64,000 bases of DNA from assembly GCA_016176465.1 (NCBI GenBank), contig JACOXD010000006.1, positions 7,878 through 71,877 of the forward strand, written 5' to 3'. Origin of the DNA: Candidatus Daviesbacteria bacterium (lineage in GTDB: Bacteria > Patescibacteriota > Microgenomatia > Daviesbacterales > UBA10151). The position numbers were made by a program, and so were the translations under genes. Shown one piece after another: positions 1-10,688 of the stretch. The notes beneath the pieces were generated by a model. The model made no database searches. It was not told the origin of the DNA and saw nothing but the letters and a program-made list of their open reading frames with translations. Position 1 is the stretch's first letter, and each line of letters starts with the position of its first letter.

Positions 1-11
1 TAGAAACTGCG

Positions 12-1019
12 ATGGGTGAAAGAGGATTAGTCTTTGTACGCAATGGCAGATCAGAAACTCCTATTACAGATCATTTAGATTCATTCGGAAGCGAACCCGT
101 AATATTTGGTAGAAGGCAATCTATAGAGCCTCAACACCCAAGAGAAGGGTTAGTTTTTATGAGTGACACACGTAGACTAATTGTTTATCCAAATCCTCAC
201 GCAGTTATTGGTGCCTCTGCACTACCAGGCGGCGAAGGGTTTATTATTCAAAGCCGAGAAGAAGCTGGAGTAATAACTTTAGCCACATTAGATCCCTATC
301 GCTTAACCCCTCTTTATACCTCTTTACAGACTATGCGCGATAGGAGGTTTGGACCTGTAGTTACCAGCTTTAGACAAACTGATACAGGAGCTTTTGCCAA
401 CATGCCCGGAGTGTATGAAGCTTATGGTCCAGCAGTTGATCCTGGACAAGATTACCAATTAGCTAGCGAATTTAGGTTCATAACACGACACATGGTTAGA
501 ACAGACACCAAAGATTCTTTTGAAAGAGCTTTCCCCGTACATGTACCTGAAGACTTAAGTTATTCTAAAATCCTAACAGATTTTGTTAAACCTAATGAGA
601 TTTATGTTCTTTGGTTAGCCAGTTCAGTTGAGGATAGAAATGGCAATAAAATATCTACTATTTTAGAACTAGATCCCCCTAGAAATCATCTTTGGAGACG
701 TTTTGGTCTAAATCAAGAATTAGAAATAAATAATCCAACTATAAAATCCGCGACAAGATATGGGGAATCTGTTTACCTTTTAGTTGATTCCAAGGACTTG
801 GAAGATCAAGAGAGATCTCTCATTATTAAAGTATCTACTACACAACCTCAAAACCAAGAATTAGTAGACACTGATGGTTGTGGAGGAGAGGTAATTAAAA
901 AACTAGAGATCATAGATTATGATGGTAAGCCTGGATTTGTCGCAATAACAGCTAATAGAGTTTATTCTAAAATACAAAATAGACCTCAATCAGACTGGAA
1001 AACTGCACAACTAGTTTAA
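12..1019 (+). CDS. hypothetical protein
   Basis: 335-aa ORF, no recognisable motif. Confidence 0.6.
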   Translation: MGERGLVFVRNGRSETPITDHLDSFGSEPVIFGRRQSIEPQHPREGLVFMSDTRRLIVYPNPHAVIGASALPGGEGFIIQSREEAGVITLATLDPYRLTPLYTSLQTMRDRRFGPVVTSFRQTDTGAFANMPGVYEAYGPAVDPGQDYQLASEFRFITRHMVRTDTKDSFERAFPVHVPEDLSYSKILTDFVKPNEIYVLWLASSVEDRNGNKISTILELDPPRNHLWRRFGLNQELEINNPTIKSATRYGESVYLLVDSKDLEDQERSLIIKVSTTQPQNQELVDTDGCGGEVIKKLEIIDYDGKPGFVAITANRVYSKIQNRPQSDWKTAQLV

Positions 1020-1043
1020 TAACACCCTCAGGGTGATTTAGCT

Positions 1044-3278
1044 TTACACCTTTTCTTCTTTAGGCTTTGTCCATGAAGCATATTTACAATTTGGGTAATT
1101 TTTACATCCATAAAAAACTCTTCCTTTTTTAGTTCTTCTAACTACTATCTCTCCCCCATCTTGGGGGCATTTAGCATTTATTTTTATATCCAGACTTCCT
1201 GTATATTTACACTCAGGGAAGCCTGAGCAAGCTAAAAACTTACCAAACCTGCCTATTCTAATTACTAAATTTTTGCCACAATTAGGACATTTTTCATCTG
1301 TCATTTCTAGCTCTAATTTAACTTTTCCTGCTTTTTCTTCTGTTTTTTCTAATTTTTCTTCAAAAGGAGTGTAAAAATTTTTTAAAGTTTCTTTCCAGGG
1401 TCTCTCACCCCTTGAGATCTCATCCAATTGATCCTCCATATTAGCCGTAAATTTATAATCAAAAACATCTGGAAAATATTTAATTAAAAAATCCACTACA
1501 GCTATCCCTAAAGGTGTTGGGAATAATTTTCTTTCTTTTCTTTCTATGTAGTAGCGCTCTGTTATTGTGGCTAAAATTGGGGCATAAGTAGAAGGTCTAC
1601 CTATCCCCAGCTCTTCCAGTTTTTTAATTAAAGATGCTTCAGTATACCTGGGAGGAGGTTCAGTAAAGTGTTGAGAAGGCAACACCTGAACCATATTTAA
1701 ATCTTCCCCCTCACTAAGTTTTGGCAAAATCTGCTTTCTTTCATCTTTATCCTGAGCGTCCGCAGTGAGCGAAGCCGAACTGGAGTCGAAGGACTCTTCC
1801 TCAACTTGTTTTACCCCATATACACCCAACCATCCATCAAACTTTAAAACAGAGCCAGTTGCTCTAAGAAGATATTTATTCTTTGGGGGTCCTGCCAGCT
1901 CGGTATCTCGTCGTACCTCCTCATCTTGTAACAACTGCGCTGCGGGGGTGCGCCGAGACCTCTCCTCCCTGTCACCCTCCAAAGAGGTAACTACATCCAC
2001 AGTAGTCTGATCTAAAACAGCCTCATTCATTTGAGAAGCAAGCGTCCTTTTCCAAATTAGATCATAAAGTCTGCCATGATCCCTTGTCAGACCATTCTGA
2101 ATTCCGACATCCGACATCCGATATCCGATCTTGGTTGGCCTAATAGCCTCATGAGCCTCCTGGGCATTTTTTGATTTGGATTTATAAAATTTAGGCTGAT
2201 GGGGTAAATAAGCTTTGCTAAAATTTGAGGAGATATAAGCTCTAATAGCTGATAGCGCTGATTGAGCTAAATTAAAAGAATCAGTTCTCATATAAGTGAT
2301 TAACCCTTGCTCATAAAGGTTTTGCGATAACATCATAGTTTTTTTTGCTGTAAAGCCAAGTTTGTTCCCAGCATTTTGAACTAAAGTAGAAGTGATAAAA
2401 GGAGGGGAGGGGTAGCGTTTAACTTGCTTTTGCGTTATTTTAGAGATCTGATAACTAGCTTCTTTTAGATCAGCTACAATTTTATCTGCTTCTTTTTTGT
2501 CTTTTACATCTGCCTTTTTACCATTTACCTCAATCAGTTTGACAAAAAAGTTTTGCTTTTCAGTATTTTCCAATTCTACTTCTATAACCCAGTATTCTTG
2601 TGGTTTAAACTTCTCAATTTCTCTTTCTTTTTCTACTATTAACCTTAAAGCAACAGATTGAACTCTACCTGCAGATAATCCTCTTTTTATTTTTTGCCAA
2701 AGTAGGGGGGAGAGTTTATAACCTACCAGCCTATCTAAAACTCTCCTAGCTTGTTGAGCATCTACCAATTTTATGTCTATATCTCTTGGGTTTTTAAATG
2801 CATCATCTATAGCTTCTTTAGTAATCTCATGAAAAACGACCCTTTTTATTTGGACAGATTTGGACAAATTCTTTTCTGTTCTATCACCTCCTACTGCCAA
2901 ATCGTCCAATCGAACTTCTCTCTGATCTTGTCCACTTTTAACTTTTAACCTCGGGCCCCCGGATGGGAGTTTAACTTCAGGATTACTCAGTAATTCTGCT
3001 GTGTGCCAAGCAATAGCTTCACCTTCCCTATCAGGGTCTGTGGCTAACCATATTTGTTTAGCTCCCTTTGCTATCTTTTTAAGCTCATTTACCCTTTTTC
3101 TTTTATCTCTGGGAATAATATATTTAGGTTCAAAGTTAGCCTCTATATCTATTCCTAATTCAGCCTTAGGTAAATCCCTAATGTGGCCCATTGAGGCTTC
3201 AATTTGGTAACTATTTCCTAGAAACCTCGCTAGAGTGCGTGCCTTGGTAGGGCTCTCTACTATTACAAGATTATTCAT
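1044..3278 (-). CDS. topA: DNA topoisomerase I (type IA) with four in-frame repeat-derived insertions
   Basis: LVIVESPTKA and ATDPDREGE (TOPRIM), SAGRVQS, GLITYMRTD catalytic Tyr, C-terminal Zn ribbons. Confidence 0.98.
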   Translation of the reverse strand: MNNLVIVESPTKARTLARFLGNSYQIEASMGHIRDLPKAELGIDIEANFEPKYIIPRDKRKRVNELKKIAKGAKQIWLATDPDREGEAIAWHTAELLSNPEVKLPSGGPRLKVKSGQDQREVRLDDLAVGGDRTEKNLSKSVQIKRVVFHEITKEAIDDAFKNPRDIDIKLVDAQQARRVLDRLVGYKLSPLLWQKIKRGLSAGRVQSVALRLIVEKEREIEKFKPQEYWVIEVELENTEKQNFFVKLIEVNGKKADVKDKKEADKIVADLKEASYQISKITQKQVKRYPSPPFITSTLVQNAGNKLGFTAKKTMMLSQNLYEQGLITYMRTDSFNLAQSALSAIRAYISSNFSKAYLPHQPKFYKSKSKNAQEAHEAIRPTKIGYRMSDVGIQNGLTRDHGRLYDLIWKRTLASQMNEAVLDQTTVDVVTSLEGDREERSRRTPAAQLLQDEEVRRDTELAGPPKNKYLLRATGSVLKFDGWLGVYGVKQVEEESFDSSSASLTADAQDKDERKQILPKLSEGEDLNMVQVLPSQHFTEPPPRYTEASLIKKLEELGIGRPSTYAPILATITERYYIERKERKLFPTPLGIAVVDFLIKYFPDVFDYKFTANMEDQLDEISRGERPWKETLKNFYTPFEEKLEKTEEKAGKVKLELEMTDEKCPNCGKNLVIRIGRFGKFLACSGFPECKYTGSLDIKINAKCPQDGGEIVVRRTKKGRVFYGCKNYPNCKYASWTKPKEEKV
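1747..1793. repeat. REP-like half element (TATCCTGAGC...GTCGAAGGA) in frame in topA
   Basis: GC-rich; encodes SFDSSSASLTADAQDK; resembles arms of the GTCATCCTGA family. Confidence 0.7.
1881..1984. repeat. ~104-bp palindromic element in frame in topA
   Basis: terminal IR CTTTGGGGGT/ACCCTCCAAAG, inner CTCGG/CCGAG; encodes LEGDREERSRRTPAAQLLQDEEVRRDTELAGPPK. Confidence 0.7.
2103..2130. repeat. heptamer tandem repeat in topA
   Basis: TCCGACA-TCCGACA-TCCGATA-TCCGATC. Confidence 0.8.
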
Positions 3279-3352
3279 ATTTTTAACTTTCCAGTAAGTT
3301 TACCTTACTTGTCAAGTATTCTAATTATTTGACATCTTATTCTATATTCTAT

Positions 3353-3369
3353 TCCACCTGGGAGGTGGA
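3353..3369. repeat. short CACC-n-GGTG palindrome
   Basis: TCCACCTGGGAGGTGGA; relatives at 1023-1035, 3935-3957, 14887-14903, 49276-49292. Confidence 0.7.
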
Positions 3370-3411
3370 TTAGCTAGACACCTAGGGAATTTCTGTTAAG
3401 TTTTAGAAGAA

Positions 3412-3867
3412 TTATTTTGGTGGTCTGATGCTATCAAGTTGCTTTTGGTATGCTTCACTTGTCTGATCTCTAAAAAATCGAAAAACAGTAGCTGCTCCTG
3501 CCACTACAACCATGGATAAACTCCCCCAAGTAGGTATTGCCTCCACGGACATAGATCTCGTACTTCCTGGAGAAGTTGCTTCCATAGCAGTTGTTAAAGC
3601 AATTGTTAATAATGGTCCACCAATAATAAAAGTTCTCATCATCCTTTCCTTCGTTCTGGCATCGACTATTTGTGTCTCTAAATTTCGTATTTGTTCCTCT
3701 TACTTAATTTTTTCCCTAAGTTCGTGTATCGCAGGAGAATGGTTAGGCAGTAACCTCCTCCCGCCAAGACCTATAACAACATTCCCGCCTAATCTGAACC
3801 TTCTTGCTGCAAACCTTTCTTGAATTCCTGCTTGATGTCCTTCAAGACTTCCTTCACCCCATCGCAT
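3412..3867 (-). pseudogene. hypothetical membrane protein with an in-frame TAA
   Basis: ATG at 3867 is in frame with ORF 3412..3642; single TAA at 3700-3702. Confidence 0.6.
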
Positions 3868-4011
3868 AATAAAGTATTATAAGGGTAAATATTTACCAAA
3901 ATCAATTTTCATAGTAAAAGGAGAGGTGCAAAGCTAATCCACCTTTCAGGTGGATTATATAAGGCACCTATCGGGTATGAAATAGCTAGACACATGAGGA
4001 GTGGATTTTAG

Positions 4012-4347
4012 TTAACCAGTTAGGGAAAGACCATTCCCATTTAGTAAGGTTGGCGGACGCTGACAGTTTTTAATAATCTTAACCCACGAATTTAAGGAAT
4101 CGTTAAATTTATACTTGTCAAATTGTCTTGATCTAATATAACCTAGCGTAAATCCTACCGGTGCTAAGATACTAAGCGTAAGTCCAAAAACTCTTCCTAA
4201 AAATGTTGGATTTACCTCCGGACCTGCCATCAAAATTGCCCAAGTCGTTGCAGCTGCTACACCACCAACGCTCAGATCGATTAATAAAGATCTAAGTGCC
4301 CTATCAACTTCAGATTTTGAAACAGGGATTTCTCTCTCTGTAGCCAT
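4012..4347 (-). CDS. hypothetical membrane protein
   Basis: two hydrophobic segments. Confidence 0.55.
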   Translation of the reverse strand: MATEREIPVSKSEVDRALRSLLIDLSVGGVAAATTWAILMAGPEVNPTFLGRVFGLTLSILAPVGFTLGYIRSRQFDKYKFNDSLNSWVKIIKNCQRPPTLLNGNGLSLTG

Positions 4348-4746
4348 TTATTTTAAAAGAAGCTTGCGTGTTGCTAGTAGCCCTGCCCCTAAGAAAAGAT
4401 AAAACGCTGCTTGAGAGATATCATTTATTTTGGCATTTTCCCTTTCCCTTTTTACAACTCTAAGACAAGACTCTTGATCTTTCTTTTGCTGTTCTTTTTG
4501 GAATTCCTCGGATGGAACTTGATCAGTAGCTGGGTAATAAGCACTGTAGGGTATCTGGCAATCTTCCTCTCTTTGACCATAATATGGTGGGATACCTGAA
4601 ATATTTAGAGGCACAACAGCACTACCTGTAGGATATTGGGTAAATAGGGTAAAATTAGCTGCTGTTTTTAATGCAGCAAACAGTCCAATTAGAAACAAAA
4701 CTGTACCTACAAATAAAAACCAATTTGAGACACTATCTTTCATCAC
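4348..4746 (-). CDS. hypothetical membrane protein
   Basis: terminal TM helices, Cys pair in the loop. Confidence 0.7.
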   Translation of the reverse strand: MMKDSVSNWFLFVGTVLFLIGLFAALKTAANFTLFTQYPTGSAVVPLNISGIPPYYGQREEDCQIPYSAYYPATDQVPSEEFQKEQQKKDQESCLRVVKRERENAKINDISQAAFYLFLGAGLLATRKLLLK

Positions 4747-4767
4747 TTATTAAAAAATATAGCGCAA

Positions 4768-7278
4768 TTAACTAAGCATGTCTACACCCACCTCAATATT
4801 TTCTCCTTTAGCAATCTGATTATTTAAAATCATCATAGCTAATCTAGCTTCTAAGGTATCTTGGATTAATCTTCTTAAGGGTCTTGCCCCCAATACAGGA
4901 TCAAATCCTTTTATAGCTAATTGCTTAACTAATCCCTCTTCAAAGCTGATTAAATATCCTTGATCTTTCATTAAAGAAGCTAGTGATTTAAGTTTAAGAT
5001 CAACAATTTTTGTTAAGTCTTCAGCAGATAAAGGTTTAAAAATCACAACAGAGTCAAATCTATTAACTAACTCTGGCTTAAAAATATTTAATAACTCCTC
5101 CTTTACGCCTTCTTCCAAATCAGCCAGGCTCGCTCCTTTGGCTAACCCATTAGCAATAGTTAAAGAAGCCGCATTTGATGTAGCAATAATAATAGAATTG
5201 GTAAAATCTATTTCCCTTCCAGAACCATCTGTTAAATGTCCATCATCTAAAACCTGTAAGAATAAATTTAGGATATTTTTATTGGCCTTCTCAAACTCAT
5301 CTAAAAGTAATAAGACATAAGGCTTGTTTCTTATTTGATCTGTTAAAACTCCAGGGTTTTCTTGGGTACCAATTAACCTATTTAGAGAATCTTCGTTTTG
5401 GTATTCACTCATATCAAAGCGTAGATAAGCTCCTCTATCCTTAAAATAGATCTCAGCTAGTGTTTTAGCTAATTCTGTTTTCCCAACCCCTGTTGGGCCA
5501 ACAAATAAAAATGAACCTATTGGCCGATTTTCTTCCCGCAAAGCTGCTGCAGCTCTTCTTAGGGTATCTGCTACTGCTTTAACAGCTTCTTCTTGGTCAA
5601 TCAATTTTTCATGGATTAAGTTTTCTAAATTTAATAATCTATCTCTTTGAGTACTACCAACAGCCTCTAGTGGGACATTTATTCTTTCTGATAAAACTTT
5701 TTTAACTTCATAAGTTGTAATTTTGCCATCTTTTTCTAGTGCTTCTGCCTCATTTAAAATTGCTAGCGCACTATCAGGCAAAACTCGATCGTGAATCAGC
5801 TTAAATGAGAGTTCCACCATTTCTTTTATTGCCAGATAATTTACTTTAATTTTTTTATCCTTCTCTAAATTAATGGCGTATGTTTGGAGAACCTTTATAG
5901 TATCATCCTTACTTGCTGGTGGAACTTCTACTCTGGTAAATAGCCTAACTAGTGCAGAATTTTTTTCTAGAATCTTGGAATAACTCTCTGATTGGGTTGA
6001 ACCAATAAATTGAAACTCGCTTGATTCTAAATGGGGAAGCATCAATGAAAATAAATTAAACTCAACTCCGACCTCGCCAATTCCTAGGTTTGATATCTCA
6101 TCTACATAAATAATAATATCATCGGCAAACCTTACTTCTTCAAAAATGTTTTTAATTTTCTCTGCCAAAGATCCTTGAGTTGATACTCCAGACATTAGTT
6201 TACCCAAATCCAGCCTAACTAATCTTTTTGTAGCCAAACTGGGAGGTGCATCCCCTGTGACAATTTTTTTGGCTAAATAATTTACCAAAGTAGTTTTTCC
6301 TGCACCTGGAGGCCCTACTAAAATTACATTTTTATCTTTTTCTTGAGACAAAATATTAACAACCTCAGATAAGACTTCCTCCCTACCTATAAAATCTGGG
6401 AATCCTTTGGTAGCAGCCATTTTGGTTAAATCTTCTGAAGCAGAATCTAGTGAGGGGGTTGGAACACCCAGCCAACCCCTATTTACCCCTTTTAAATGTT
6501 TGACGCTAAATTTATTATCCCAAATATAAACAGCTTGCCATGTATTTTTTTTAAGTTGCAAGTAACTTATGGTGTTTTCAAAATCAGCAAGATTTAAGTT
6601 TAACTTTAAAAGCTCCTTATCAATTAAGGGGATTGATTTAAGCATTGCCAGAAAAAAGTAACCTTGATCGAGCGACTTTGCATTATTTTTTTTAGCCAAA
6701 GATAGAACTTCCTTATATATAGCATCTGTTATAGGGATATTGAAATTTTCAAAATTGGTTTTATCTATTTCTAAGTTATTTAATATTTCTTGAACCGCTT
6801 TTGACTCTAAGATTTTTTTCCAAGTTAAATCTATTTTTTCAAGTTTTGTAGCATCTAATATTTCATCGGGTTTTTTTATTTCAGCCAAACTTTTTCTTGG
6901 TAAAATCATTACTCTTAATGCAAACAATCCCAATCCTAAAATAAATATAACTTTAAGCATTAAACTTAAAAAAATAGGATTTGGGATAAAAATTAATATT
7001 GGCAGTGCAAACCAAATTAATGCTATAGTTAAAATTGCCAAAGTGGCAAACACAAAGGCTATTAAACCAATCAAGATTCTAAAAAGCCTAAAAATTACAC
7101 TTAATACTCTGCCAACAATTGATGAGTCATGGAAAAGGGGTACAAAAAGCAACCTGGCCATTAAAAAAACTGCTAAATCCTCCTCCAGTAAGGCTATAGT
7201 ATTGGACCAAATCATCATAAATGTAAAAAAAGAAGAAGGATACCAAAACTTAACTATTCTTACGGGCAACTCAAACAT
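4768..7278 (-). CDS. ClpA/B/C-family AAA+ ATPase with N-terminal TM segments
   Basis: Walker A GPPGAGKT and GPTGVGKT, RFDMSEY, GARPLRR; hydrophobic first ~125 aa. Confidence 0.92.
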   Translation of the reverse strand: MFELPVRIVKFWYPSSFFTFMMIWSNTIALLEEDLAVFLMARLLFVPLFHDSSIVGRVLSVIFRLFRILIGLIAFVFATLAILTIALIWFALPILIFIPNPIFLSLMLKVIFILGLGLFALRVMILPRKSLAEIKKPDEILDATKLEKIDLTWKKILESKAVQEILNNLEIDKTNFENFNIPITDAIYKEVLSLAKKNNAKSLDQGYFFLAMLKSIPLIDKELLKLNLNLADFENTISYLQLKKNTWQAVYIWDNKFSVKHLKGVNRGWLGVPTPSLDSASEDLTKMAATKGFPDFIGREEVLSEVVNILSQEKDKNVILVGPPGAGKTTLVNYLAKKIVTGDAPPSLATKRLVRLDLGKLMSGVSTQGSLAEKIKNIFEEVRFADDIIIYVDEISNLGIGEVGVEFNLFSLMLPHLESSEFQFIGSTQSESYSKILEKNSALVRLFTRVEVPPASKDDTIKVLQTYAINLEKDKKIKVNYLAIKEMVELSFKLIHDRVLPDSALAILNEAEALEKDGKITTYEVKKVLSERINVPLEAVGSTQRDRLLNLENLIHEKLIDQEEAVKAVADTLRRAAAALREENRPIGSFLFVGPTGVGKTELAKTLAEIYFKDRGAYLRFDMSEYQNEDSLNRLIGTQENPGVLTDQIRNKPYVLLLLDEFEKANKNILNLFLQVLDDGHLTDGSGREIDFTNSIIIATSNAASLTIANGLAKGASLADLEEGVKEELLNIFKPELVNRFDSVVIFKPLSAEDLTKIVDLKLKSLASLMKDQGYLISFEEGLVKQLAIKGFDPVLGARPLRRLIQDTLEARLAMMILNNQIAKGENIEVGVDMLS

Positions 7279-7285
7279 AGATAAT

Positions 7286-7645
7286 TTAACGCACTCTGAT
7301 AACTGCCCCTTCTGTATCTATCTCTACAAAATGTTTAGAGCTTCCTTGAAGATAAGATGGGCATTGATTTTCAGGCAGATTATCGACGCTAGAGCGGGGT
7401 TTGTGTACTATGTCCGCAACCCAACCTGGGATTAAAGCATCAGAAAGACAAGGACCTCCTGTTAAATCCATATTATTCCTTTTGCTTTCTCTAAAAAGTA
7501 CTAACGCCTGATTCACAGCTCGATCAGCTTCTTGGGAAAGCCCACTTTGGTAGCCTCTTTGCTCCTTATTAAACCAAAAAATAGCCAATCCTTCTAAGGA
7601 GATAACTGCCAATACTAAAATAAATAATTTTAATCTAAAATCCAT
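7286..7645 (-). CDS. hypothetical membrane-anchored protein
   Basis: N-terminal TM helix, GPCLS...NQC Cys pair. Confidence 0.75.
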   Translation of the reverse strand: MDFRLKLFILVLAVISLEGLAIFWFNKEQRGYQSGLSQEADRAVNQALVLFRESKRNNMDLTGGPCLSDALIPGWVADIVHKPRSSVDNLPENQCPSYLQGSSKHFVEIDTEGAVIRVR

Positions 7646-7679
7646 ATACTTAATTTAATCATTTTTTAGTAACTAGAAT

Positions 7680-8759
7680 CTAGAGTCTAGAATAAACTCC
7701 TCCACCTAAATTTCTGACAATTCCTTGAATTTCCATTTTCATCAAACTGGAGCTTATATTTGCCGCTGATTGTTTAAGCAATCGGCAAAGTTCATCAATA
7801 TGTTTGGTTTCATTTTCTAATAAATTATAAATTTGCATTTCTAATCCAGTAAGGTTTGGTTTTATCTGCTCTTTACTTGAGTTAATATTATCAACTCCAA
7901 GTTCCTCCAAAATATCCTTTGTTTCGTAAACTAACTTGGCCCCTTCTTTAATTAGTTTAGCAGGCCCAATAGATAACTTAGAGGTAATAGGTCCGGGCAC
8001 TGCAAAAACCTCTCTGCCATATTCAATTGCCAAATGAGCAGTAATCAAAGAACCTGAATCTCCTGAAGCTTCAGTCACTAAAACTGCAAGAGATAATCCG
8101 GCAATAATTCTATTTCTGGATGGGAAATTTCCAGGTAGTGGGGGGTATTTGGGAGGAAATTCACTCAAAATTATCCCATTATTTTCAATAATTTCTAAAG
8201 CTAGTTTGCTATTTTCAGAAGGGAAAATATAGTCAATGCCTGAACCTAAAATTGCAACAGTTTTTCCTTTATTAAAAACAGTAGTTTTATGAGCGAGTGT
8301 GTCTACTCCTTTTGCTAAACCTGAAACAATACTAAAACCCGCCTCAACTAATTCCCTGGTAAACTTTTCTGTAACTAATTTTCCATAAGAACTCACTTTT
8401 CTTGTACCAACCACAGCAATAGTTTTCTCCTCATCAAAAATAAAATTTCCCTTGTAGTATAAAACGATTGGCGGATCATAAATTTGTTTTAAAAGTTTAG
8501 GATAATTTTCATCAAAAATAGTTAAAATTTTTATATCTTTTTCAATAACTTTCTCTAGAAATTGCTCCGGTATTAAACTTTTTCGTGTATCTTCTAAATT
8601 AGCAATAACAATATCAGGAATACTCAAAGCTTTTAATTCATGAAGAGTTGCCAACCAAGCCAGTTTTGGATCTTCAAAATGATCCAAAACTTTCTTTAGT
8701 CTAATTGGACCCAGTCCATCTATAGAATGTAGCGCTAAAAGATAAGCTAAATTTTTCAT
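7680..8759 (-). CDS. dprA: DNA-processing protein DprA
   Basis: AVVGTR, IVSGLAKGVD, FPSRNRIIAGLS, SGSLITA. Confidence 0.97.
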   Translation of the reverse strand: MKNLAYLLALHSIDGLGPIRLKKVLDHFEDPKLAWLATLHELKALSIPDIVIANLEDTRKSLIPEQFLEKVIEKDIKILTIFDENYPKLLKQIYDPPIVLYYKGNFIFDEEKTIAVVGTRKVSSYGKLVTEKFTRELVEAGFSIVSGLAKGVDTLAHKTTVFNKGKTVAILGSGIDYIFPSENSKLALEIIENNGIILSEFPPKYPPLPGNFPSRNRIIAGLSLAVLVTEASGDSGSLITAHLAIEYGREVFAVPGPITSKLSIGPAKLIKEGAKLVYETKDILEELGVDNINSSKEQIKPNLTGLEMQIYNLLENETKHIDELCRLLKQSAANISSSLMKMEIQGIVRNLGGGVYSRL

Positions 8760-8829
8760 TTGGATTTTCCAAGATCAATTTAGTATTATTCTTATACCAT
8801 TTCAAGTATGAATAATAAAAAAATTAAGA

Positions 8830-10686
8830 TTATTCTCCTAAAGACTTGGCGCTTTCTGTAGCTACAATTGGAGTTATATCTTTTACTAAATTAGTTTTAT
8901 CAGGAGAAAGAAACCATCTTAAAATTTCTTTAGCTACAGGGGAGGCAACTGATGAGCCTTCCCCACCTCCCTCAATTAAAATTGTGACTGCAACTTTTGG
9001 AGTATCTGTGGGTGCATAGGCAGTATACCAAGCATGAGTTTTATTCTTAGGATCTCCAAACTCAGCTGTTCCTGTTTTGCCTGCAGTTGCTATTGGAAAA
9101 GTAAAAAATGGCCAAGCAGTACCTCCTATCTTTGGTACTTCTTCTAATCCTTTTTTGACCAAGGCCAAATTTTCCCCATTAATTTGGGTAACCAGCGATG
9201 GGTTATATTGGAATTTTTTTATTTCTCTACCTTGCGAGTCAGTAATTTTTAAGGCTATATGCGGAGGGTATTGTTTACCATCTGCTGCTACTATTCCCAT
9301 CATTACGTTTAACTGTAAGGGAGTTGTTAAAACGAATCCTTGGCCTATAGACATATGGAGGGTATCTCCTGGGAACCAAACCTGATCCATATAATTTAAC
9401 TTCCACTCGCTACCTGGAATTACTCCAACTTCCTCACCTGGTAGATCAATCCCTAATTTTTTACCTAAACCTAGCGATTTGGCTGTTTCTCCTATTAACT
9501 TTTCCCCTGTTAATTGGCTAAGTCTATAATAGAAAATATCATTGGAGCGTTTTAGCGCTTTAACTAAATCTACACTTCCTTCTTTCCTTCCATATTGGTT
9601 AAAAAACCAATTTGAAAATTCAAATTCCCCTAAATATATAACCCCTGTATCTTCAAAACTGGTATTTTTATCGATTTTTCCGGAAATTAAACCGGCAAAA
9701 CTGGAGACAATTTTAAATACCGAACCAGGAGGGTAAACTCCGGCTATACTTCTATTCAAAAATGGGAAGTGTTCTCTGTTTAAAGCATTTTCTAAATCTG
9801 ATGGATTATAGGAAGGATAGGAAACTAGGGCTAAAATTTCACCAGTTTGAGGATCAGAAACTAAAGCAGCGGCACAACAAGAGTTAGCTTTAATAGCAGC
9901 TTCTTTTATCAATTTAAAGGTAAGCAGCTGTAAATCTTTATCAATGCTAAGATATAGATTTTGGCCGGGAGAAGGTTTGCTCTCTCGCAGCAACCTCTTT
10001 TTCTTACCCTGCGCATCTATTTCAACAATTTCCCCACCATCTTTACCTCTTAAAATAGACTCATAAATTGATTCAACCCCTTCTTTTCCGATTTTATCCC
10101 CAAGCCTAAGCAATTTATACTTAGGATCCTTTAGTTCCTCATCAGTTATCTCAGCTACATAACCTAACACATGTGCACCTGCTTCTCCCAAAGGGTAGGA
10201 ACGGATGTGGTCTATCTCCAAATTGTTAAAAAGAGGATTACCTTCTATCTCTAATTTTAGCGCCTCATCCCTAGTAATTGTTCGTATTTTTTTAGCTCCA
10301 GGTGAACTTTCATCGATTCTAAATCCTGGTTCGTTTTGAGCTAAAATCTTGCCATTTCGATCATAAATTACACCTCTTGGCGCATGAATAACTTTTATTT
10401 GCACCCGATTAAAATCTGAAAGTTCACGATTAGTTGATCCTTCGATTATTTGTAAATGAAACAACCTAAATAAGAAAGTGGCAAAAACTACTATGACTAT
10501 GATGAGCAAAAAATATCTTCGCCAAATACTAAAAGAAGGAGTTAATTCATTATAAGAGGACCATCCATAAACTAATGACTCAATCCATTCTTGATTTTTT
10601 TCGTTTTGCTTAAAATGCCCACTTTTAACGGAAATCTTGGCCATTTGGTCTTTAAAAGCAAAACCCAAGAACTTTTTCTTTTTCAT
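8830..10686 (-). CDS. mrdA: penicillin-binding protein 2 (class B)
   Basis: APRGVIYDRNG, PGSVFK, SND, KTGT; next to mreCD. Confidence 0.93.
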   Translation of the reverse strand: MKKKKFLGFAFKDQMAKISVKSGHFKQNEKNQEWIESLVYGWSSYNELTPSFSIWRRYFLLIIVIVVFATFLFRLFHLQIIEGSTNRELSDFNRVQIKVIHAPRGVIYDRNGKILAQNEPGFRIDESSPGAKKIRTITRDEALKLEIEGNPLFNNLEIDHIRSYPLGEAGAHVLGYVAEITDEELKDPKYKLLRLGDKIGKEGVESIYESILRGKDGGEIVEIDAQGKKKRLLRESKPSPGQNLYLSIDKDLQLLTFKLIKEAAIKANSCCAAALVSDPQTGEILALVSYPSYNPSDLENALNREHFPFLNRSIAGVYPPGSVFKIVSSFAGLISGKIDKNTSFEDTGVIYLGEFEFSNWFFNQYGRKEGSVDLVKALKRSNDIFYYRLSQLTGEKLIGETAKSLGLGKKLGIDLPGEEVGVIPGSEWKLNYMDQVWFPGDTLHMSIGQGFVLTTPLQLNVMMGIVAADGKQYPPHIALKITDSQGREIKKFQYNPSLVTQINGENLALVKKGLEEVPKIGGTAWPFFTFPIATAGKTGTAEFGDPKNKTHAWYTAYAPTDTPKVAVTILIEGGGEGSSVASPVAKEILRWFLSPDKTNLVKDITPIVATESAKSLGE

Positions 10687-10688
10687 TC

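Noticed and set aside
1881-1984. Intein or self-splicing intron in topA
   Set aside because: Too short, and lacks intein terminal residues or ribozyme core; a palindromic insert fits better.
3700-3702. Stop-codon reassignment
   Set aside because: Single TAA; TAA, TAG and TGA all end conserved genes normally here.
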